Shown: positions 50,346-64,000 of the stretch, piece after piece
How the letters are laid out: each line of letters opens with the position of its first letter
Position numbering within the stretch: the stretch's first letter is position 1
Assembly: GCA_043228905.1 (NCBI GenBank)
Contig: JBHGNT010000015.1
Span: 14,198,001 to 14,262,000, forward strand
Length of the DNA: 64,000 bases
DNA from: Azolla caroliniana
Lineage: Eukaryota; Plantae; Polypodiophyta
Direction: 5' to 3'
The notes under the pieces: generated by a model
Told to the model about the DNA's origin: nothing
Database searches by the model: none
Seen by the model: the letters and a program-made list of their open reading frames with translations, nothing else
Made by a program: the position numbers and the translations under genes

Positions 50346-52579
50346 CCTAATTTACATAAATCCACATGCTCTACGACAATAGATGAAGTTATCATGGCTA
50401 TATATTGTCTATAGGAATATTTCTGATGGTGAGTACATGAAGTTTTAAAAGCACAACGTATATTTCACGATATGCTGATTTTGTTCGTACCATGCTATGT
50501 ACATTTGAAAGGTTAATCAATGACGTTTTGGGCTACTACTACAAGGCTCTAGAATAGCTAGATTATTATCGTCTAGTTAAACATGGCCCTTCATTATACT
50601 ACATAAGTTTTCCAACTTGACATCCTTTTTATCTTCAACATATAATGTCATAAATTCAAAAGATTATGAATTATTCATGATGTTCAATAACATAATTTAC
50701 ACATGGAAACATATTTCAAAATTATGCTTGGCATCTTAATTTTGGATTTTAGTGTTTGTAATCAACTTTCACATGTTGAATTATGTATATTTGATGGCAA
50801 ATCATGGCATGACCTTTCATAATTACAATGTGTAATAGTTCCTATTGTTTTCAAAAATTGATATATGAAGGAGTGGTTTACTCAGAGATTGACAACATTT
50901 TAGAAAAGAACAATGGTGTGCTCAATCTATATTTTAACTATAAATATACTAATTACATATAATTATCCCCAAAATCATGAATCATGATGAAGAAGAGAGT
51001 TGAACCACCAACTCTAGTTTGATCGTTGAACTTATTATATATGCGCCATGGCTTCTCATTCAAAGTAGCATTGTGGTGTTTATTTGCAGGTTTTAAATCG
51101 CTCTCATATTTTTCGATATATCACATAATCCAAGTTATTGATGCTTTTCAAATGCTCAAATGCAACATTGGATATGTTGGTAAAGAACTTGTTTGTATCA
51201 CTAGAAAATGTTTCAAACTATTGACATTGAGATGTTGTTTATATATGTATTGCCAAGCTTCAGGTTTTATGAATTTCGGACAGAGAATATTTAGTTTGTC
51301 TTAATGTCAAAATAATAGACACATTGAACTTAATTAGATATCTTCGGAGACTATTTTGTATTGGAAGTTGGCATCTTAGATTATTTTAACCATTGAATGT
51401 TAACCTGATCAACAAAACCATGAGCACGAAATTTGGATGATGAGTCATGACCCTAAAGAAAAAATACAATTAAAATATCAAACTTACAAATTATGTTTTC
51501 AAATAGATGGTCACCAATTAAATGTTTGATAATATGATTTAGGGTATCATTTCAAGTGGATGTCTAATTCATATGTATTATGGCCCACATTTTTTAATAC
51601 GTAGTTGAGACATTATTTCCTATAGTGATTCCCTTTTCCCTTTTCCTATAACAACAACTGGAATTATTGTCGGTGTGTTGAAATTCATCAATGGTCTGAC
51701 AATCTTCATAAAAAGAAAAGTGGGACGATATTCTCTTTATGGAAACTTGAACATGTCTAGATCAGATTCCATAATCCACAAATTTGACCTTTTCATGAAC
51801 ATCTTATGAAATGAATAAGTAAGGGCAAGGCAATAATTCTTATTTCCTTATAATGACTAATCATACATTATTGTTCATATGAATGCAATTTTGTTTCATT
51901 ATGAAAGATCACATGCATTCTTGTCCTTTCCATGTATTAAATTGACATTAGATCTCTCGCATTAGGAAAAAGGGAAAATTTAGATTTGTTAAGATACAAC
52001 TTATCAAAACGACATAATATATTTTCCATTGTAAAGTCTTTAGTTGAGGAAGTCATATATGATCAATTGACCATGGTTAGACCCATCACCTTTTTCACTA
52101 GTTGATAAATTTGTTTCTTAGTCAATAATTTAATGATACACATAGGATTAATTATATCCCCAATTGTGTTGTTTCCTAATAATTACATGTCGATCACAAC
52201 TAATAAATATTGAGATATGGTAATCATTAAGGTAATAAGTTACAACAATAACACATACTATACCTTTTTCATTAGACATTACCATCATGGACTACGTTAG
52301 CGTAGGGCAGAAATTCATATGAGGGAGGAGATATGTATAACTCTTAACGAGTCTCCTTGAATCTCTATCTTGATTCTTCGGCGGAAATCTATGTGTAAGG
52401 ATATCCACCTTGAGTCTCAAATCAGATCCAACCTTGAAACAATTGAGTCATGTTGGTTGAAGAGTGAATGTTGATGTTGTAGAGAACTATTTGAAGTCAA
52501 TTCACTTGTTGATAACACATCGTGTATCATATATATTGTAGAATTTGTTATTTATCCTTTGAGTTTCACCATCTATTTG

Positions 52580-55500
52580 TTTTTTTTTTTTCCAAAAAAA
52601 AACTCCTTCCATTAGTTATAAAATTTTACAAATGAGATGATCATGTACAAATCCCTGTAGGGACACGATAGTTCCATCTTATGTGGATGCCCATTAACTC
52701 AAGAAAGGGAGAGGACGACCATTGTTGGATGAAGGTTATTCATTGTCTTTCAACTCCATCGGAGCCGCCCTTGAGGCCATCATCTTGGCTCTTTAGAGTG
52801 GCTACAATTTCACTCCATATCTCTTGCAATAACCTTGTTGGATGTGCGGTTTAGTTGGAGAAGACCCGTCTACACCGTTGTTTCCATAGAATCCAAAGAG
52901 TTATTGGGCTGACCAATTCCAACACAACTTGAGATTTGTCATTAAGAGGAGTTGAGTGGACATTGCCGTTGGTGGAGAAAAAAACCTCTCGTGCTTTTAT
53001 CACCAAACTCATCTCGTCCTCCTGATGCTCGTATCTGCCAACTGGGTTCTACCATGATAACCAACATATATTTCCCCACTTGATTGAGCCTTGCACCTGA
53101 CATAATTGCAACAAGCGGCCAATCGCCTGCCATATTTGATGGGGACATTGGATAGTCCCATAGAGCGTGTCGTATTGATTCTACTGCATTTGGGCACTCT
53201 ACACAATTAGGAGAGCTAAGGTTCCCACGTTACCATGCTCCAACCGGTAGGGACTTATGTATTAATAGCTGTTGGAACGTGGTAATTCACCTTGTGTGTT
53301 GTTGTTTCCAGATTTTCTGCCAAAACATGGTGATAATTGTGGGAGGAACTTGAAATGTCTGCCAAACCTTTGCAGCAGCCGGCTCTCGGGCGGTTTGAGT
53401 AGCTAGAATGTGGCGACTCAATCTAGTTGTGAATTGGAAGAAAGGGATGGGTTTGCTTCCTTGCCCCGTGTAAGGATCACACCACGTCCATTGCAAAGGG
53501 TCCCAACTAACCTTACGTAATGTGTTTTCATGACTACATATGTGCCAATCGGGTTGTACTTTGATCGGATTAGGATCTACAATCCATTTATGGCCAGTAT
53601 ATGGGAGTACTCGAATTGCGTTATTCTGTGTTGGTGTCTCAGTGTCTCTCAATTCAGAGCCTTCAATCCTGTCTGGTGTTCCCCTACCTCTCGGGATCAG
53701 AGATCCCTCCTCCTCGTGGCCTATCCATTTCTCCATTGTCATCCTTTGAGTAGCAATTTCCCTAATCCGTAGAGAGTTAATGGTTTCCGATCTCATAGTC
53801 CATCTGCCCTTGATCTTGTAGTGGCAGTGACATAAACTGTCGCCAACATTCTATACTTTTTCCTCGACCTTTTGCAACGTATCCCCATGACAACCCCTTG
53901 CGTGATCCCAGTAGTTGATTAGATTCATCCTTGATACATGGGTTCCATAGGATATGTTGACTGAGCCAGGCAGGTTCGTAACTCGGTTGATTGCACTTGA
54001 GCCCTCGTCTAATGTCACACCATGCCTTCCACATGGATGCACTGAATCTATCCTCCAATTGGCGGGAGAAACTAGGTTTGAGATCCATGTTTAGAATCCA
54101 TCCCGTTTGGGGGGCCCAATCGACCCCTTTTCGTGGCCTAAAGTAAGTGAAACGTAACCACAGTAGCATTTTCCAAGAGTCATTTCCTGGTTGGAGTCCT
54201 CACACTACAAATTTGGCAAGTAAGGCTTTTGATTGTGAAAGGGGATCAATAAGACCCAATCCCCCTCTCGACTTAGGCGCTGTGAGTATAGGCCACGCCA
54301 CCTTGGTGCAAGTTACATGGTCTTCCTTACCAGACCAATCGTAGTTGTGGACCAGTTGTTAAATCTGATGTATACTTTCTTTGGAGATTGTCCAGTATGA
54401 TAGACTGTACCATGCTGTTGCGAGTAGTACCTGGTTTGCCACTATGATGCGACCCGCTAGTGTCAGTTTTTTCAAACTCCAATGTATCAACTTTTGTCGA
54501 ATGGAATGGATAGCGGATGCAATCATAGTCTCCGGCGGTATGTTGAAACCAATTTGGAAACCCAAATATTTGGTGCTTGCTCCTTGATTGATCCATTTGA
54601 GGGCGGGATGTGGGTGCCACGTCGGATGTGTTTCATGAGAAAGCCATATTGTGCAGGATTTGTCCCAATTGATCATGGCATTGGATCTCTTGCAAAATAC
54701 GGCTTACCCACTTTCTAGCTTTTGGAGGTTTTCCAAGTCCCCTTGCAGGTAGACCACTGTGTCATCTACAAATTCTATATCCAAGATGCTTTAGTGAGAA
54801 TGAGGTACGGGAAGACCACGTAGGTTGAGATGCCGCGAGTTGAGAAAGCAAGAGAGTGCTTGGGCATATAATAGAAATAAGGATGGAGCTAGTGGGCATC
54901 CCTGTCGTACAAATCGGGATATTCGTAAAAAAGGGCCCCTTTCACCTGCCAGTGAAACGCAACTGATGCCGTTCCTATAAAGTCCTGCAATGCCTTTGAT
55001 CAATATCTCTTGAAAGGCGAGTTTCCCCATCACACTTTCTAGAAAGTTCCAGCATATGCTTTCTCAAAATCTAGTAGCACCACTGCTACCTTGTTGTTGG
55101 TATGCTTGGCAAGGGCTACTGCTTCCCAGAATGAGAAGACTCGGTTGTCTAGGATGCTCTGATTTCTAACGAAACCTATCTAGGACGGATGAATGAGTTG
55201 AGGGAGAAGTGGTGTTAAACGACATGCCACGATTTTTGCGAGCAACTTATAGACAATATTGAGAAGAGCTATGGGCCGCCACTTGCTAATGTCGTTGGCA
55301 CTCCCACCACTTTTAGGAATGAGATGTATCATCCCCTGTCCAAATTCTTTTGGCATGCTTCCAGAGGCGATGATCTCCTCATATGCCTGGAGGAGGTCTT
55401 CTTTAATAGTGTCCCAAAGGCATGTGAAAAAGTGTGGGGTGAGGCCGTTGATTTTGGGGCAACTATCGGTACCCAAACCAGAGAGGGCCTCCCATATCTT

Positions 55501-58500
55501 GATGATAGGGGATGCACGAGCCATGTATTCATTTCTGGCGTGACTTTCTCAGGTATGCTTTGGAGGATAATATCTTCTCTTATGTCTTCCCATGTAGCCA
55601 TAGTATCTTTGGTAAGTAGGCGGTTATAGTAACTTGTGGCAATATTCCTCATTTCGTCGCCATCCTCAGTGGTCGTTCCATCCTCTTGGTTGAGGCTGCG
55701 CATCACTATTCTAGCATGCCTCGGGCCTTTGGAGCCGAAGAATTCCTTCGTGGTTTTGTCCCCTACTTGAATCCATCACGCCATGCTTCAATGAAACTCC
55801 ATGTCATATATTTCCTTTTTCGCCACGCTGAGTTCATGTTTGGCCATGACGACTTGTCCTGCGATCCAAATACATGACAGGTATCTCTATTGGAGTCGTT
55901 GTAAGGCTATTAGTCCCCATTTTGTCCTCTATCGCTTCTCTTGAGCATCCTTGCTTCTGGTCTCGACAATCTCATGTAGTAGAGTTGAAGCTCTTGTTAA
56001 TTTAGCTAGAAGTTTGTTAGATGCTGATGAGTCATTGACAGGTAATGACCATTGGTTGGAGAGTTGTTCCTTCACCTCTATAAATGTGTAAATAGTGTGT
56101 GGGATGCGAGCCTAGAATGGGCCCCATTTTCAGTGCAAATGAAAATGAACAACTACCAGGTAATGGTCCAAGAAAGTCGTGCCTGGAGTTATGCGACACC
56201 ACCCTCCCTTCACTTCTAGAACCTCGCCCACATAAATGCCATCAATGCGAGATAGGGTGGGTTCACTATTCCGCCCGTCTGATCAGGAGAATAAGAGAGA
56301 ATCCCTTTTTCATTGGAAGTTGTCAGAATGGCAGATGTCTCATAGGTTAAGGTGTACACATAGCTTCTCCCATGGTTTATGTTCCCTTCCTTGTAGAACT
56401 ATGGGGTGGTTGTTGGAGATATCGTGAATGCATTCGATCATATTAAAATCCCCTCCAATGCACCACTCTTTCGCACCCACTACTTGTAGGCGGATGCGGT
56501 CCCAAAATGTTGCCCTTTCTATTTTGCTATTTGGAGCATAAACGTTCATGAAATTCCAACGTTGCCCTTGGATGGCCAACGTGCAAAAATGTGCCCTACC
56601 AGGTATAAGTGATCCCTAATGTATTAAGCCTTGGGCTAGATGTTCCCAAATGAAAGTGCAAATACCACCATGATTTTCATCCTCCCCTATTGTTGGCTCC
56701 CAAATTGTTCGCCATGATCCTGGTAGAAGATCTCTGACTTCCTTTAACTGCGTGCTATTGAGGTGGTGTTCTTGCAACATGATGTTGTCAGCAACACTCC
56801 TTGATAAATATTCTTCAAGATCCCTTCTTAGTTTCCATTTGTTTTGTTGGTCTAGTCGACTTCTGAGCCCTTGCACGTTCCATGTTACAATCTTCATACT
56901 CATGGAATGGGGTGGGAGATTGCCAGTTGTTCCTGGTGCTTTGCACAACAAGTCGTGAGTGGGGAGCACTCACCATTTAGACATCCAGTCATTTCCAGGG
57001 ATGGAATGCTGGTCCAAATCCAAGAGTGGAGTTTGTGGTCTATCCAGTGAGCTTCAATAGTCCCTTCCTGCTTCGCATAGAAATAGAAGAAGCATGGAGT
57101 TAGCTAGGTGTCTATGATAATCCGCAGGTGGTTGTGGTAGAGATGAGGTTCCTCTTCATCCGTGGTGCACCAGAATTCTGTGTTATTGCAATGTTTCTTT
57201 AGTTTGTTCATGAGGGCTTCATCTCTTATTTTTTTGACAAAACAGATTGCTTGACTGCATAACATATCTTTGATCTTGGACTTGGACCATTCCTCTTGTG
57301 CCTGAAGCAAGAGTGGAAAAGAAATTGAGGTCGTTGGTACTCCATTCTTGTGTACCACCGATACATGTACCCTTATTTTGTTCGTGACTGTATGTTAAGA
57401 GATCATGCTCAACTTAGTTTAGTTAGTTAGTCAACCGTGTAACTTCGTAGTTACCTAGATAGAATATAGTTAGAAGTGTTGACTATAACACCTTTAATAG
57501 GACCTTGTACTTAAGTGGGATATTCTAGATCCTCCACTCCTAAGTACATTTAATATAGGACTTACACTTTTGTACCTATATTATCCTCACACATGTGCAC
57601 CCTTACACATGAGATCTATATATACCTAATTGTAGGTATTTTTGTATTTGATGATGATAATGTTGATTTAATATAGTTACTCATCCCCCATCTTGTGTTG
57701 TTCATAAGTGTTAACTTCCTTTCTTTCTTTCTCTCTCTCTCTCTCTCTCTCTCTTCCTCTCACATACATACACACACATATCACTTAATCTTTCGCTTAA
57801 CTTAATCACATAATTAGGTACTAATTAACCCATGCTTAATTACTTACCTAATTCTTAACATGGTATCAGAGTGTGTGGTTTAGAACATCCACTAAGCCCA
57901 CCCGACTCCATGATTGTGTGTTTGAGACGCCGACGACAAAATCCGGTTATCCGCTACTGTAGTGCCGCTACATAGCACGTGTACGTGATCGAAGGAAGAA
58001 AAGAAAAAGAAGAGAAGAAATGAACACACAAATGGGTAGCTCGCTCCCTAGTGAAAAGCTAGACCGGAGCAATTATTCATCTTGGGAGTACAAGATGACC
58101 CTATACCTTGTCGGCCAAGGGTATTGGAGCTACATCAACGACGCTCAAGAAAATCGACCCGACCCAAAGAACGCCGACTACTCAACATGGGCGCAAGCGG
58201 AGAGTCGAGTCATGTATTGCTTGGCAACATGTGTCCACGACCACATGCTTAGCCACATTTAAGACGCCAAGATGCCCAAAGAGGCATGGGAGAACTTAAA
58301 CAAAATGTTCGCCGCCAACACGACCGCCCGAAAGCTTCAACTCCAACAAGAGTTGAACAACATCCGGCAAGAAGATTTGTCCATGTCGGACTACACCGCC
58401 AAGATCAAGAGCATTTGTGACTTGCTTGGCTCCATCAACATAAATGTAGATGAAGAGAAGATGGTTCAAGTATGCTTAGGCTACCTCGCACAACGATTCG

Positions 58501-61500
58501 ATACATTACGGATGACAATCTTGGCGAGAGAAAACCCTCCATTCTTCGACCTCCAATCAATGCTATTGGTTGAAAAGAACCACGTTCGAACCAAAAGGAA
58601 GACGTCCGAAGGACAAATGTTCTTCTCGAATTTGAACGGTGGCCGAGGAGGAGGTCATGGTGGTAGAAGAGGTCAATTTGACCCATCACAAGAAAGGAAC
58701 TCAAACCTTCACGGAAGCCATCGAGGAACCTTCGGAAGAAGGGGAGCTTCCACGCCAAACATGGTCGGAAAATAAGGCCCGCAACTTGCAATTATTGTGG
58801 CAAAATCGGCCACTACGAGGCGGAGTGTCGAAAAAAGAGAAGTGAGTCGGCTTAAACAAGTTGACAACTCACAAACTACACATCAAACTCCGACTACGAC
58901 AATCGTATCGGAATGTTCACGAATCACGCATTGAATTATGACTACGGCAACCGTGGTGGAATGTTCGTAATGAGGCATAGAGCGAACTCTATGACAACCT
59001 CCAACTCCGCAAGCACCTCCAATTCGGAAGACACCTGGTTCGTCGATTCCGGCGCCTCACATCACATGACATCCCACAAAGAGTGGTTCAATGACTTGCG
59101 TACACCGGATCGACCTGGCTACATAGAGACGGGAGACGACAACACGCACCCGATTCGGCACATTAGCAATGTCCCATTTGGGAAAGAAGGCAAGCAAACT
59201 TGCATCAAGAATGTCTTGCATGTGGCCACGATAACGAAGATTTTGGTCTCGGTAGGCCAAATCGTGGAGCAAGGAATGGAAGTTTGCTTCAACAAAGAAG
59301 GATGCTTCATCGAGAAAGATGGCCGACTCATAGCAAAGGGGCGGAGAGACAACCAAATGTTCATCCTCGATTCGAACGGGGTGAAATCGGCAATGGACGC
59401 TAAAAGTCTCAAAACTGAGACAAGCATCGAGTTGTGGCACAAGAGAATCAGCCACATAAACCTCCAACGGCTTCGAGCTATGCAAACAAAGGGAGTCGTC
59501 ATCGGACTTCCGACATTCGAGTCGAAACGAGTCGACGGAGTATGCGAAGTGTGTCAACTCGGCAAACAACATCGACTCCCATTCCCGAAGGAGAGCTCTG
59601 CAAGCAAAGGCCTCCTCGACGTTATACACTCGGATGTACAGGGACCGGATCGAGGTAGCACATGCCATGATGCATGAGAAGCACATGTTGAACTTCTATT
59701 CGGCTGAAGCGGCATCCATGGCTATCTATGTCATTAATCGATGCACCACTAATGGAGTGCATGAGCTAACTCCAGACAATCTCCTTGTCGGAAGCAAGCC
59801 AATCCTGTCGCACCTCAAGGTGTTCGGAAGCATTGTGAATGTACACATCTCGAACGAAAGCTGACAGAAGCCCGACGCGAAGTCGGAGGAATGTATCCTC
59901 ATAGGATACTCGTCCGAGAAGAAGGCATACAAGTGCTACAACCCTTCTACCTGAGCGGTTCGGGTAAGTTGAGACGTAGTCTTCGACGAGTCCGCATCTT
60001 TGTACGCACCAGAGACAACTTCGACTCCGACTCCGCTCGACCCGGAATCCGCTGAACAAGAGGTAGAAGATGGAGATCGCTTCGAACACATGTTCAAAGA
60101 AAGTCTGATTACGGCAAGGCCTAGTGGGCCACAAGAGCCCCCACGCGACCTAAGCACGTCGCGGCCAAGTACGAACTTGGACAAAGGCAAAGGTAAGATG
60201 CCCAAATGGGAAGTTGCTCACCCCGACGACAGTGATTCGGATGTGTCAGCTCCCTCACTAGACAGTGAGTTCGGTGTACCCATCATGCGGACCCCCGGAG
60301 CAAAGAAGGCGCTCATGTCGGTGAGCGAAAAACTTCGATGCTCATCTAGAGCTAAGAACCCCGTCACTTGGCTCGGCTACAACAAGTACATGGCCCATCA
60401 CTATGCCTTCGCGATGAAGGTAGCGTCCGAACAAGAGCCCAAGAGCTCCACCGAAGAGGCTCGTAACCCATGATGGGTGGAAGTAGTCGATCTTCGCCCA
60501 CACACTACAAGCCTTGGTCACCAGCTTGAGGGGGAGGAACCGAGATTGCGAGAGCGAAGAAAGCCAAAGGCCGGACGGAAGCACACAAAGCTGACGAAAG
60601 CCAGAGCGGATGTCAGACGCCTCACACTTGAGCTTGAGGGGGCATGTTGAGAGATCAAGCTCAACTTAGTTAAGTTCGTTAGTCAACGATGTAACTTCAT
60701 AGTTACCTAGATAGAATCTAGTTAGAAGTGTTGACTATAACGCCTTAAATAGGACCTTGTACTTAAGTGGGATATTCAAGATCCTCCACTCCTAAGTACA
60801 TTTAATATAGGACTTACACTTTTGTACCTATATTATCCTCACACATGTGCACCCTTGCACATGAGATCTATATATACCTCATTGTAGGTATTTTTGTATT
60901 TGATGATGATAATGCTAATTTAATACAGTTACTCATCCCCCATCTTGTGTTGTTCATAAGTGTTAACTTCCTCTCTCTCTCTCTCTCTCTCTCTTCCTCT
61001 CACATACATACACACACATATCACTTAATCTTATGCTTAACTTAATCACATAATTAGGTACTAATTAACCCTTGCTTAATTACTTACCTAATTCTTAACA
61101 TTGTCGTATGCCCTATACCTAGCCACTTCAAGGCATTTTGCGGGCGTGGTTCAAGGTCTTAGCTAGATGTATCACACTCATTTATGGCTGGGAAGGCTAT
61201 GATATGAGGCGTGATATTCAAACTATTGCCTTGGTTTGTTGTTTCCCCATTGGGTGCAGTTCCGTTAGAGCTCCGCATTAGGGTCTTAACATGACTTATC
61301 CTTCACCGTTTCCCTGTTTTGTAAGCTTTAACGAGGATTTTGTCTTGTGTGTTTGGAGTCACCTTGGGTCTTTCCTAGGGGTGTAAGAAAGCACTAGGGG
61401 AGTGCTCATCTATGGGGAGGAGCTCTTGTAGTAGATCAAAACGATTGGGGCTCACTGGCGATGGATGATTTTGTGACTGTGGAGTTTGACGTAGGACATG

Positions 61501-62310
61501 GGATTTCCCCACCACTCGTCATTCCATCACAGCCTTATCAGGGCGTGGTGGGGGAGGCTTCTGATTTCCTATGGTGTCTCGACCTTCCAAGGTCTCCATG
61601 GTGAGATCCTTAATGCGTCTCGTGGGGCAGTTCTTTTTTAAATGACCAAGCTTTTTGCATGCAAAACATTGTCCCGGTGCGCCGATCACTTCTATGCGTT
61701 GTTCAATCCGTATTCCATATTTCCCCAAAATGAGGATCTTGGAAGGAAGTTTGTTGATGCCATGCACCAATAGGCGGATAGAGGGAGGGCATAGGTGTTT
61801 CTTTAGCTTGTCCGCTAGTGTTAGTTCCTCGTCCAACATCATACCCAAGGAGTTTCCAATAGTAGGAAGTAACATGTTGTATTCTAAGGATAATCCCGGA
61901 AACAACATTGTTACCTTTTTCATGGAATCATCCCGTTGCGCGGCTTTATCTGGGTTCAAACCATGTGTCCATTTCCGCATGAACAACCATGTGTTCCGGA
62001 TCTGGCAGGGAGATATTGCTAAGAGATTCGCTGCAGAATCCTTGTCCTCTAGTATGATTTGATAGAAGCCTTTACCAAGCAGTTGGACTTCTTTTATACC
62101 AAGTACTTGTGAATGAAATTTAGCTTGTAGCATATCTCGCAACAATCCTTTATTTGGTCGTGAACCCATGTTTGTGCTATGTGTTCGATAGTGGCGATGT
62201 TCAAAGTTTCCATGATTCACAAAGTCTGCCAATGTGTTTGGGGGCTAGTAGTCGGATTTTTTTAAATTTTTTTTTGTTGAGTTTACGGGAACAGCCTCCC
62301 CGCCGCCGCT
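52580..62310 (-). mobile_element. Second, more decayed copy of the same L1 family, interrupted by a Copia
   Basis: Poly-T on + at 52580-52591, colinear with 36890-43460 (EN, RT and ORF1 fragments). The 5' boundary is approximate and no TSD was found. Confidence 0.9.
57393..61100 (+). mobile_element. Non-autonomous Ty1/Copia element lacking RT/RNase H, inserted in L1 ORF1
   Basis: LTRs 57393-57860 and 60645-61100. PBS tggtatcagag at 57861. gag (KLDRSNYSSW), WFVDSGASHHM and LWHKRISH are present. Deletions near 59650 (integrase core) and 60490 (RT/RH). Flanks ctgta/ttgtc match only 3/5. Confidence 0.93.
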
Positions 62311-62329
62311 ACTTCATCCCTTTTTATTG

Positions 62330-62920
62330 TTAGATAAAAAATATGAAGTTTTATGGGAACCTTTTATTTATTTACATATTTTTATTTATTTATTGTTTTA
62401 TTAAAAAAAAAACCAAATACATTTAAGTTTTATATCTATTATAAAAATATTATTAGTGTGAGGTCCTCTTTTTAAAGTGAGATAAAAATATGAAATTTTA
62501 TGGGAACCTTTTATTTATTTACATATTTTTATTTATTTTTGGTTTTATTAAAAGTAAAACAAATACATTAGAGTTTTATATATATTACACAAATATTATT
62601 AGTGTGAGGTTCCATTTTTAATCTGAGATAACAATATGAAGTTTTATGGGAACCTTTTATTTATTTACATATGTTTATTTATTTTTTGTTTTACTAAAAA
62701 ATAAAACAAATATATTTAAGTTTAATATCTATTATAAAAATATTATTGGTGTGAGATCCCCTTTTTAATTTGAAATAAAAATATCAATTTTTGTGGGAGA
62801 GTAAAAAGTAAGGAATTAATGAACCTTTTATTTATTATTTATTAAAAATAAAACAAATACTTTTAAGTTTTCCATCTATTATATAAAAATATTATTTACT
62901 ATAAGTCTTCTTTTTAATGT
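62330..62920. repeat. AT-rich tandem repeat, period 146-147 bp, about four copies
   Basis: atatgaagttttatgggaacc-like units start at 62341, 62488, 62634 and 62781. Confidence 0.88.
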
Positions 62921-63231
62921 GAAGTTAAATATCCCCTTTTTAATGTGAAAGTCTCTTTGTTATATGATATATCTAAGAAACTAAAAAGTATGAACTTATT
63001 TTCTTTTTTTAAATGAATATGTTTTCATGCATTCTTATGCGTATTCGTATGCATTCGTTTGGTAACCCCCATGAATGCGAATATGTCAATCTATGACTGC
63101 AAGTTTCAACTTGACTCAAGCTTATATTCGAGGTCAAGATTCCTTCTTGGCTTGGAGTTTCTTCTTTGCTCAAAGTTTCATCTCTCCCATGGACACTATA
63201 AGTGAAGGAAGGAGATGCTCAAAGATCTTGG

Positions 63232-64000
63232 AACACGTTCACGTTCACAAGTGGAAGGATTGCGCATTCCACTTGTAGAATATTCTTGAAACTATCCAAA
63301 TATACCCTCTCTACAAACATTGGATGCACTAGTATCACATGTTCCACAACTTGATTATAATTTGCAAATATAAAAATACATGATACGTCTATGAGTGGAG
63401 ATCATTAGAAATCATGCAAGTTTGGACGTGTTGATAAGTTAATGTACGCATAATAAAGTTCAACAATGGCTCAATATGTCACTAATGTGCGACATGGGTA
63501 ACACTAAGTTAAAGACTTATATTAATTTGGTAAGTGTTACAAAAATATGAGGTGTACTTGTAACCATACTAATAAAATGAATTATAATTTATACTTTGAC
63601 CCATACTTGCATGTATATAATTGTGGACAATGTCGGATAATGCAGTTTAGGATAATGTGATTGGAATAACTAACTTATTAAAGTATTTAATACTTGTATT
63701 TAAAGTTGATCTAATCTATTCCTCAGTTTGTTTGTATGGGATCAAACCATATGTATATAATTGTGGACAATGTAAGGTAGTGAACTTTAGGATAATGTCG
63801 TGGAAATAACAAACCTATTAAGGCTTTCATAGCAATATTTAAAATTGATCTACTCTATTGCTTAGGTGATTCACACAGGATCAAACTCCGAACGATAACG
63901 CAAGTGGAACTACAAGCGTATAAAAACATGCGGATAACGCTAGTGGAACCATTATCAACACACTACACAATCTAAGCAGCAATGGAATAGAAACATAATA
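63232..64000 (+). mobile_element. Third Sola-like element end, running off the window
   Basis: TIR aacacgttcacgttcacaagtggaaggattgcgcattcca and a downstream actagtatcacatgtt match the reverse complement of 13238-13350. Contains a 140-bp two-copy repeat (63611, 63751). Confidence 0.8.

Noticed and set aside
57388-61105. Clean TSD for the Copia in the second L1
   Set aside because: Flanks ctgta and ttgtc match only 3/5 and the adjacent L1 sequence is altered.

Overview
This is eukaryotic, transposon-dense plant genomic DNA; the element families look like those of a fern or other non-seed plant, which is an inference. One intact host gene is present: a two-exon PMEI-pro-domain pectin methylesterase (47274-49192, +). 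The rest is nested mobile DNA: a Ty3/Gypsy 3' end, four Ty1/Copia elements plus remnants and a solo LTR, two L1 LINEs, an RTE-like LINE remnant, a hAT-like MITE, and three copies of a TIR DNA-transposon family with AACACG termini and a 4-bp TSD. The largest copy (about 19960-35651) is the highlight. It encodes a Sola1-like (DUF7869-type) DDD transposase split by two Copia insertions. It also carries a divergent, intron-containing cargo gene that fuses a ParB-like domain to a bacterial-type beta-class N6/N4 DNA methyltransferase (DIPY motif). Between the two genes lies an array of 23-bp TCGATACA-TGTATCGA palindromes. This copy is decayed and truncated on the left. All domain calls come from motif recognition by eye, not database searches.
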